In this document: in pieces, positions 1 through 10,750 of the stretch
How positions within the stretch are numbered: position 1 is the first letter of the stretch
Layout: every line of letters begins with the position of its first letter
From: Podospora anserina
Lineage: Eukaryota
NCBI GenBank assembly: GCA_017654855.1
Contig: CM030332.1
Span: forward strand, 5,208,001 to 5,272,000
Length of the DNA: 64,000 bases
Reading direction: 5' to 3'
Program-made: the position numbers and the translations under genes
The notes under the pieces: generated by a model
The model's database searches: none
What the model was told of the DNA's origin: nothing
The model's input: the letters and a program-made list of their open reading frames with translations, nothing else

Positions 1-895
1 CAAGGCTTGCCATTGCTCGTTGTTGAGTTTGTTTGTTGGGTCATTTTGTGAGTTTTGGGCATTGTCAACCTCGATGCATTTGCTCTCCACCATCACCAGC
101 CCGGCGTAGATTCCTTTCACCTCGGCTACCAGTTGGTCCTGGGAGATTGGCCTGGTTTCAGGTTGCTTGATCAGTTCCGTCGGGTCATTTTCCTCAACTT
201 GAGTAGAGCTTCGTGATGTCGACGTGCGTGGTTGGCGATGTGGTGGCTTGGATGTTGGAGTAGATGAAACTCTTGAAGCAACATTGGATTTGTCGTAAGG
301 ACGTTGAGAGGCTGTGAGGTCGGCATCGGGCGTCCAAAGGGTGCCCTTGGCAGGAGGTCGTCGGTCAATTCGGTCGGGCTCTATCCGAGCCTTGGATTTC
401 TTTGGGGGAGAAGGGCTGCGGGATCGGGATGGTTGGCTTTTTGAATCCGGAGTCGATCTCCTGCTGGGTCGGTCCGGTCCGGGAGCACCAGAGTCTGGAT
501 CTAACGGCCTCTGATTGGATGTATGTGTGGAGGATGGCACGGCCTTTGCATCTTTTGAACTGGGATCCAAGTTGCGTATGGCGGGTTTGCTCGCCTCTCT
601 GGTATGTGTGAGTTGTGGGTGTTTGAAAAAAATAGAAAAGCAGCGAGGACTGCGAAGACACTTACCTCTCTATTGGGGGGGCTTCTTTCCACTTAGTGGA
701 TATCAGCTCCTTCTTTTCCTTGTCGGTGCTCTTTTCGTTCAGCGACCTGACGTGGACTGTTTCGTAGTGCTTTTCATACTGGTGTTTTTCGAATGTTTCA
801 TAGGCATATTGAGGATCCTCGCTGCAGTCGGGACAGTTGATTTTTTTGGCCGATGACCGCCGAAGGTGCTCATTCCATTTCTTGCTGAAGTCCAT
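1..895 (-). CDS. Est1/SMG6-7-like DNA/RNA-binding (TPR-type) domain protein, 5' part; exons 895-666 and 598-<1, runs off the window
   Basis: ATG at 895. GTAAG...CTCAC...CAG intron 665-599 joins in frame. Exon 2 is open to position 1 and ends KQPETRPISQDQLVAEVKGIYAGLVMVESKCIEVD...LNNEQWQAL, the segment I recognise as preceding the fungal EST1 DNA/RNA-binding domain. Confidence 0.8.
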
Positions 896-3800
896 TATTA
901 GATGTGTAATATTCTCTGACCGCGGTGGTGGTGCGACAGTGTGCTGGGAGCTGTTTGATGGTGAGGTTGAGATGGACCGAGCTGCTCAACGAGCATTCTA
1001 TAGAGTGCGATGTGATTGGCCACTCGCCCGCTCGAACTGGGAGGGCTTGGCAATGAGGGGTTTTGCTCTGAATGGTGGGAGAAGGACCGAAAAAGCGGGG
1101 GTCCGAAGTTCTGTAAAGAACCAGCAAACGCAACCGGCGGGGAAAAGAGCAGCCGAGTTCAGTGCTTTCAAGATAGAAGAGGATATTGTTGAAGCAGAAA
1201 TGTTGTGTGGACCACCGTGAAGATGTATTCATATGAAAGTAAGAATGTAGGTCCACCCATAGACTCTAAATTTGGTTGGCCAGGCTGCCCGTCCGCGACC
1301 CAGCGAAATCTTAAAGCGGCAACAGCCCTTCTGTAAGGCGTCCAGTGGTTCGCAATTGGGCCGCCATCCAGCAGAGCCGCAATTCTTGACGCACCCCGCA
1401 GCTCCAACCTCTTTTTGCTCCTGCCTGGCAACACTACCATTCTTCTCACCGAAACCTTCGCTCAAGAGAGGTGCAGGCTTTGCACTTCATTGGCGTGATT
1501 GAGTGTCCTTGTCCCCAGGCAATCTGGGATTCATGTTCCCTAGGCTCTGGTCAGACATCACTCCCACGTCAACCGGTGTCTGCAATGAAAGAGATTATGG
1601 TTCCAAATAAGTTGTGACGGGGCTCTATCGGCTATTTCTGCCTCCCCAACTGGACCTCCTGTTATGCATGGCACGCACTGGCCAGACTCTCGTCCCATCC
1701 TTTACCTTTCTTTGACGACACAGTTATCCTGCCCGAAGTCACACTCCATAAAATGCAGCCAACTACTCGATACGACATATCTCAAAGAACATGAACGGAG
1801 TGATAGCACATTGGAAGGAACACGTCGGAATTGGCAGGCATACTTGGAACTGTTAAGGGCAGCGAGGGCTGACACAGACGGATGGAATTCCATTTTGCAT
1901 TCCATAAACATTCTCTATTCCTTCCATTCTCTCCGTCTGTTTAGCTATTTCGTGTGTATGTTCACTCACAGCTCACAGCATTGGTGGCAACTTGAGAGAC
2001 AACATTCCACCAAATGTGATTGGTTAGCCCTTGGAGGCATCCTGTTATAAGTGGCGTGTGGCCAATCATCTGTGGCGCCTTGATAACGACTGCAGCTGGA
2101 AAGTTCCAACCCGATATCTCTTTGAGTTCAAGATGGTCTCGAACCCGGCCTTTGCCCCTTGATTTCAGCTTCCTCGAGACTCTGCTATTGACCACAAAGA
2201 CGCTAAATAGTCATCAGGCCATTTCTGCACGACCAACCTCCGAAGCATCAGCGTGCCATGAACCTTGGACTCGACCCTTGAGGCCTCAACTCGGTTGTGT
2301 CTGCTAGTCGAGATTTGGAGGATTATCGCCGAAGCCGTTGTGTTGGCGTTACGAAGGGGGCGAGTTGGGTTTTCGAGGCGCCTCTTTTGGGCGAGGATAT
2401 CAGCGAATCGTGAGGGCAAGGTAGTCGCTCATTCGGCCCTTCAGTACAACGCTCGTATCGAACCGCTTCATCAGACCTCAAACCCTCCTTAGCGACTTTT
2501 CGTGGCGATTATTATGGGTCAACTTGCACGTCAACTTGTCGGGCACCTTGTCTAGGCAGCGGCCGCCTATCGTCACTATTTTGAAGGCTGTTGTGTGAGA
2601 GTTTGGGGACACGGCACACGAGAGGACGGTCACTCGTCCGGAGATAGTGAGGAAGGCAGCGAGGGCGAAATTAGAGCAGTAGCGGGGAGGAACAGGTCTC
2701 GCGCTACAGTTGGTTTACTGCATGATTTGGGTTAGTGAGTCATGGGATGTGTGGGGGATTGGTGGGATTGACCCAGCAGGAGATTGAGAAGCAGGGAGTG
2801 AAGCGAATCCCGTCACCAAGAGCCAGTGAGGATGTTTAGCTTGGTGTCAAGGTTCTGAACTGTGACACGTCGGTTCAAGTGGTCGGCGACATGTTGTGCC
2901 TATCAAAGGTGCAGTTTAGGGCCAATTTTGATGCCGCCTTCTCTTTTGACGGCACCGATATTGGGGAACATCTCGAAGGCCATTGTTGTGGTGGCTGGAA
3001 TGACTTTCTGTGGCTACCTATGGATGGATGGGAAAGGGTCATGGCAAAATCCCCAGGACTGGCATCACGAGCAGTTGGCCAAGTGAGCATGTGTCTGCCG
3101 ATGATGGCCAAGTAACAGATACAGGGCGTCATCATCTGTCCACTCTGTCACACCTTCAGAGTATTTGACAAATTTGCAGCGAGTTCAGCATAAGCAACAT
3201 GTCTTCATTCACAAAATCTCCGCCATTTGATACCCACTGCGCAGCACTTGTCACCGCATTGACGAAAATTCTGATCGCGGTCAAGGTCACACCGGTAGCC
3301 ATGTCAACAAACAGTTTGATGGCTCAACCGGGTCAGCAGTTACAGGGCGTGGCGAGGGCTTCCATCAGCAAAATCGAAAGCCAGCATACACAAACCATGG
3401 AGGATGCCCTGCTCGCGTCTGCAACACTCCTTGCTTGCCTTAGCTTGTTCAACCGCTATATCTCTGGCACCACCGGAAACTCAAATACCAGCACCATCAG
3501 CTTACGCCCCAATATCAGCCCTGTTTGCCCGCCAATTGCATTTTCCCGCCCTCTGCGTCTGCTTGAGTTCAGGCAATTCTGCAGTTGGTTCAGGTACTCC
3601 ATCTGTGCCATATTACCGCACTCACAATCACCAACCGACCGAGTCCGGTACACCCAGCATACATGCAAGCTCCAGGTCGCGAGTTGATGGTGAAACACAA
3701 CTCACCGACTTACGCCTCAACTGAGCCCGATGTTTCTAACTCTTCATTCCTCTAACCTTGCTGGAACTCAGAAGGTTTCGGTCAACACCAACCTCCCCTA

Positions 3801-6800
3801 GCTGCAGAGCAATTACCGGTTGTGTCCCTGCGGAGTAAGTTAACTCCGAGCCCTCACCTCACGTAGGATTAAACAGAGCCGTAAGCTTCTTCTCGGTGGG
3901 TGTCTAATCGGAACGCATCCTGTCCTCACCGCTCTTGCGCCGGTATGCTCTCCCGGCACGGTCCGAGATGCTAGTCATGAAGTCTGCGTCGTCGTTCCGA
4001 TGAGAAGCCAGGGGTTCTCCACAGCACGCTGCCTTCCGGTCTCGCTCATTACGACGCCGTTATTGACAAGTTGAAGCTATCGACTGCAGGACAACTCATA
4101 CTACTTCTTCCCTTGCATCAAAAGCGCAATTGAGGAGGTTTTTCAAGGTTGGAGGGTTGGATTGGGTTGACATGCATACTCATCTCTTCATTGGAACTCT
4201 AGAAGGAGAATTCACTCCGTTGTTCAGAACTACTCTCTTTCGTCTCTCATGTTGAAGACAACACAATACATCTTTCCATCATCAGGGTAGCTCCAGGTCG
4301 GCTTAATAGGCCTCATGCAGGTAGCCGTCAGCAGAGCATGGTTTCACCAACCTGTACTGTAAGGCTGGCCTCGGTGCCGATGTTACACCACCATGCCAAC
4401 TGCCGGCGAGGCTGAGACATGGCTGCTTCCCATTGGGAAAAGAACCGACGTCATTTGATGTGAGGCTTCTGTGGCGTACTCTTAGTCTCTCATGAAAAGC
4501 CCTCTACTTGGACTGCCATCGCCATATCTATGCCTCATATGTTGTTTGCCCGGGTATGTACACGTACAAAACTCAAGAGACTTCAGAAAGCATCAAATCT
4601 ATAGGCGCGGATGAAGATTCAATCTGGGTATGGGTGCCACGAAAACCCCAAGTTCTGCATGTATTGCGTGCATTTAGCCGACCACAAACTGGGAGAAAGG
4701 GCTTGCCCTTTTGGGTTTGGCTTTGCACGACGTAAATGAGGTGTTCTATAGCTGTTGGGAGGAGGATGTGTGACAAGGAGGGTGGTGACGGTTGCTTAGT
4801 TGCCTTGTCATTGACAACATACCTGAGATTACCTACTCCCTGGCATTGCTCAAGGTTGGGGGGGCAGTGCTCAAAGTATGAGAAACTTCGAGATGATTAG
4901 TGCTGGGGAAATTGCTTGAAGTGTTGTTGAACTAGCAATGTTGTTTGTGGGGGGCTAATGTGTCACCTTCTGGTTGGCAGTTGTCTGCAAAAGACCGAAA
5001 GTAGTATCAGCCTTGCAGAACCATAAAGCAACTACACCCAAAAATGACTTTTAATCTATACAGAAAAGATGATGGGCTGGCTTCACCAGTTTACTATGAA
5101 TCTGGCTCCCAAGATACAAGAATCAGTTATTGACAGGCTGGGGGGAACAACTCAACGACACCACACTGAGAACAGTTCGTATTCGTTGTTCCAACTGCGT
5201 TCCATCCTCTATCACACTCAGCTCGTTTCCAATCTACGTTGGCACTGACAATGATCATCATGAGCATCACGAGCATCATCATCAGCCTAGTAGCCTTGCT
5301 CCTTATTAAGAACTGTAATCACTGGCTTCGAGAAGAATTCCGAAAGACGCATCTCAGTGCTCTTCTGACCTACTCTAGTAACTCACATTGTCCAGGAGCC
5401 TTACCATTTCATTGCTCTTCCATTCCTTTGGCCTTCGCTACGTGGTTGCAAGACATTTTTACCCCAACTCAACCAACTTGCTGGCACGTGAACGACTCCA
5501 AAATGCCTCGTTGTCATGTTGTCTCACCAGACATACGAACCAAATACTCCAACAGGCCCTCAGCCCGGTTCGGTCATCAAACTCCAATAGGTTACCAGAT
5601 CCTCAAGCTCCATGATCTTCACGGCACACGTGGCAGCCCACTAGTAAAGCAAGGTCTGCTGTTAACCTTCCAACCCATCCCTAGTGGCTCCCTATGACTG
5701 TTGCCCTGAGAGGCAGAAGCACAAGTGCTGGAGAGAAATTGAGCAGACCAATTGGAAGCATTGTTAGCGAGCAAAGATCGATTGCATGGGTCACGACCTC
5801 ACCTAAACAGTACCCTCGCAGACGGTGCAAGGTACGCTCCAGATTCAGAAGCTCTGTGAATATTACAGCTATCTGCCGTGTAACAAAGGGTCGTACCCCC
5901 ACCCTCCAACTGCAGCGTTACATCAACCTCCCATCTATCAAGAACAATCTGAAAGACACGCACAAATATCGTACCATTCTGGAGTCTCACCATCACACAT
6001 TCAAATTATCCCGAGCAGCATCTTTACACCAAACTGTAGCACGATCCCGCTTAGGTACCACTCTTCTTCTGCATAGAACCCCCAATTCGGCATTCCGGTG
6101 TCTGGGTAAGGTGTCGCTCGTCGTACATCGGTCGGTAACTACCGGGCCCCATTCCCGTTTGTCTAGAACATGGTTGTCCAAGACGGGAAACTCTCACAGC
6201 TCAACAAGGCAGACTGCTTTCCCACTGACTCGGCTCGCCGCATTAGAGCTAGGTCAAGTGATTCGTGTCGCCTTTCCTTTCGCTGACCACACTACCTTAT
6301 CCACAATATCAACATGACCCCCCATTATCTAAAATGCAATCTATCGGCATTCCGTGATGTCACATTCATCGGCTCTTGCCCTCCCTCTGGTAGGTATGAT
6401 GTGAGGTTGCTGTCATTCTTTCGGATAAGAGCTGGTCAAGCGAATCCCCTCATCCGGTTGGTCGCCTTACCAGCCTATCGACTGCCTACATATCGCTTTA
6501 CCTTGGTAGTAACAACCCAGCAATCAGAGCATCAAAGTTGAGTTCGCATTCGCGCAATACCTTGACACTCTTAGGCAGGGCTGCATATACCTAGACATGC
6601 AGTAGATGCAGAGCACCCCGCTATGATCAGGCATCCCTGCAGCCACGCCAGATCCGATCCGGTGAGTTAAAGCAACCCAGGGCACAAGGAAGGCTTGCCC
6701 GGAGACAAGCCTGGTTCGAGATTCCAAAGGATCAATTGGCCTTGTACGAACCCATCCTATCGATCCCAAAACTCGGTGTCTCGTAGGCCTGATCGTAAAC

Positions 6801-9800
6801 ACCTACTTGCTTTCCTCGAAGGACCGTAGCGCAAGGCGTCCAGTCCACAGTACCTAGTCAAAGCACCAAGGCGAGCTTGTTTGTTCGCCGGAACGCACAA
6901 AAATGAGGTCAAACAAAAGCTTCAGACCAAGAAAGGAATCAAAGAACACCGAGAAGCTGAGCCAACGACGACTCTGCGTTGGAGACAACTTGCATCAAGG
7001 CGACCGATTTCGACCCGGATTTCGGAGCTGACCCAAGTTGTCGGGTCCAGCTAATATCAAGGAATCTGACAGGTATAAGGCTGAGCAGGTGCTGATAAGC
7101 TGGTTATTTTTGAGATGATGGGGCTAAGGCGGCGTAGGGCGGTGCAATACATGTGAGCATTTCTCACTGTGTCAGAAGTAACGAGAGCAGTCATGATTCT
7201 CGGTGTCGATGGAGGTCCAGATGTCGGACAACCTTGGAAGCTTGGCAAGGCGCCAACGGTTTTCTTGTGGGGACAGCGGGCATCATTGTGGGGTCCTTTC
7301 CCTTCGTAGCACAGCCAATGGTTCTCTTCCCCCGCTTAGTGAAGCCCCTGAGCTGAACGACCTCACCACACCGACCTCTACACCGACGAAAAGCGAATCA
7401 AGGCACAGAGCATGTGGCGTTATCATTTCAGCTCAAAGTTGATACATCTCTCGCCTTTCTACTCGTATCAAAGCCGTCGCCTTGTTTCCTCAGCTCTCCA
7501 CGGGCAAAGGCGGGGCGGTCAGTCGGAGAGTCACAAGCGGAGAATTTAACCCGTCATTCGGCTGTCAGAAAAGAAAAGAAAAAAAACCAGAGTATTGGAC
7601 GACAGTTCTTCCCGATGTCTGAGAATGTTGCCGTCAGATGCTTGTCGGTGAAGGAGAGAGGAAGGTGCCAATTCTCAAAAGCTGCAGAACCGCTCGTGGT
7701 TTCCGTAACACGATTTGGTGAACGGAGCTGAGGAGGGGGGCGGAGCTTGAAATGCTGGTCTCTACCATATGGCCACGCGGCCGCGATGTTGTAGGTGAGA
7801 ATAAAGAATCAGAAGTTATAGACGAATTAGTTTTTCAGCATGAATGAAAGACGCTTCTAAAATGCGGGGTAACCCGCTCTGCGGCTCAAACAGGATTTCC
7901 TCAGGGATTGCGCGCGGGTTGGGGGCGGCCGCGGACAGTTTCATCGTTTGGATGCCTTTTCTCCTGCAGGCGGCGTTCGGCTCATGTTTGAATGTCTGAA
8001 GGCCCACCAATCCGAAGTCTAACCCGGTGTCCCGTGCCGGAACCTCCTGATCCGCATGAGAATAAGGTTTTGGGGGCGCAGAAAGAATTTGGACCGGAGC
8101 CGGCCCTGAAAATCTAGGGCACCTGATGCTGGGGGCATTCCGGTCTCCCCGCCATGTCCTGTTGCCTTGCGCTTTTTATTGGTAGCTTCTCGTCCCTTGA
8201 CGGGCGCTGAAGTGGTGGTAGATGACGACGACTCAGATATCCCCCCGTCGATTTGAAGATTTGTTGGGAACGGGCACGGGGCGCTGTCTTTATGAAAGCT
8301 TATCGTCGGAGGCCTCTTCCCAGAAAAAAGAAGGAGAATGCGCTTCATATACACAAGCTTTGCCTAAGTTTGGGCAGTGCTCTTCCTCGACGGCGTGGTT
8401 ACGTCGTCGTTCCAGAAAGCCGGGCCGACCCGGGCCCCGTATCGGGGGCGCAGCCAGTCAAACGGGTCTCCTGTCTAGGTTTGGGCGCCGACAACATGAG
8501 ACTCGCATGAACTGACTGGAAGCCTGGACTTTACGGAGAAGCGGTCCATTCCATCACGTCCGGTGATACTGCTTGCTGCTTTAAACCAGACTAAACATAT
8601 CCCATCTGGTGTCCGCTGGGCGAAGCTTGACCGACACAAAAGCATACCAGTAAACATCTCACCTATCTCTGATAGGTAACCTCCAATGGTCATATCTCAA
8701 CGACCGGTTGCCTTGCCCCAGGCTCCTTGGTCTCAAGTTTGAAATGTTGTTGAGTCGTCAGGAGAGATTGGCTGCAAGCATCCCATTGAGGGAATACATC
8801 GGGTTACCCACGCCTGTTGTGTCTCCGAGAACAAGGTGTGGCTTCCGTCGTGTGAACGTGTTCCGACTTTAAGCTGGTGACCAAGAAGCTTGTGACTGTT
8901 CACATGCATTTCATATAGTTTCTGTAACCACTGCAAGTATCCCGTATCGATGCAGTCAATCATGCAATCTCGTAACCCACCGCATCAGCAGCCGGACGAA
9001 TTCGAATATGGCTGCATATTGTGATATATGCTGTGTGTGGGGTGGTGATGGTACGGTGTACGACCTGGGGAGTTCTCGAGTCCTGCCCCCGTGGTCGAGT
9101 CTGCAGTGATTTCGCACGACGTCGATGGGGGTCTAGTACCCGGACCACGCCAGTATTACCGCGTCACAAGTTAGCCACAACCAGTGATTGGGGGGAGAGT
9201 ACAGGATTGTTTATTATCCTATGCGGCATGAGTGCATTGCTTGTGCGTTGTGTGTTAGCGAGAGAATATCTGCAGGAAACTTGGTAATGGTTGTAGGTAA
9301 CCTGAGCTATCGCCATCGCCAGGCATATTGCAAGCGGTATACCACCTCAAAACTTGGATGAAACCATTTACTGCAGACCCTTGGTCACAGTGAGACATGT
9401 TCGGAAATCATTTGCAGTCTGTTGTTGCCTTGGACTTGTTAAACTACCTCCAGAATGGGTAGATTTCGCCGTGATTAGCCATAAGAGCGTACACATGAAG
9501 TCAGGCAGCTGAACAATGATCATTTCCGGTGATTGGCATGCAATTTGTGCCGATATTTCGTGCATCATGACTTGTCGAGAAGAACCAAGTGGGAAAAAGA
9601 GGCCCTGTGGGATGGTTCTATGGAGGTTTAGACCAATGAAGATATTGCTTGGATGTCTCGAGGACCTACAAGTGTTTTGATAGAAACAAATGATGATTCA
9701 TCTGAGATTGATGAGGTTGCTGGTGGCGTCAGGTGATAGTTTAGAGCAGTTCAGTGGTGATGGAGACGATGGTGTCGGCATGAACAAGAAGAGAGCAACA

Positions 9801-10750
9801 ATGACGAAGTCGGGTCGGTGTTGTTGAGTACTCAGCAAAGCAGTACAAAGTCGACAACGATCCCAGCAACAGGCCTCACTCTCAAAGTCGCATCTCCAAG
9901 CTCCTTCCTTTATCACAGCCCAGGGTCCTTCCTTCCCAACAGGACCCAGGTTCCTTCTCTCCTAGCACAACCTCGGCATATATACCAGTGTACACACCCA
10001 GCTTCTAATAGCATCTCCAATGTCTTGACCAGGGCGCCCTTGTGGTCAGGTCAAATGGTCAGGATATAGAGCTGCTGTTAAACCCCCCCAGCGTCGGCTT
10101 CGGCTTGCAACCGACAGCCCCCGAGTTCGATCCCCCCTCAAGTAAAACCTTTCTCAACTGGGTTTTCGTAGCCCGCCCATTGGGGCTGGTGAGCTTTTTG
10201 CATTTTTTGCGACTTTTCTCACCTAGTGACTCCCATTTCCTCTGTGTATATGTGTCAAATATATTGGAGAATGGTGGCCATCATGAAGTTCATGAACCTT
10301 TATGGCTAATATGGAAGGAAGTTTTTGACATCGTGAACATCATGGCTAGCACGGGCATCATGGAGGTGACCACCATCTCGTATTTATCTGATCGTGTCTG
10401 CCCATGTCTTGGTGGTCGACAGAAAGCAAGGCTAGTGCAAGAAGGGTTAATCGACAATGGTTGGCGGTACGAGATAGTCATTTATATTGCTCTCAACAGT
10501 TCAAAATCGATATTATTTGGTATTAGCATCGTCAGAGTAGCCGTCCAACCTGGTGTCAAGGATGCTTGAACTAGAAGACACACCACAGATTCAGCGTCTG
10601 GTTGAGATTTTCCAACCAAAAAGCCTAGAGTAACGACACTCCAAATAGCCAAAGGAATGTCACAACAGCCGTCAATTAAATTTAACATATGTATCTATCC
10701 CCCCATTCCCGATCCTCTTGTACATATACAAACCCCTTTTATCGTCCCAT

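Noticed and set aside
896..10740. Pheromone precursor, tRNA or 5S rRNA in the gene-poor block
   Set aside because: By eye I found no CAAX-terminated or KR-repeat small ORF, tRNA cloverleaf or 5S signature. A computational scan is still needed to exclude them.
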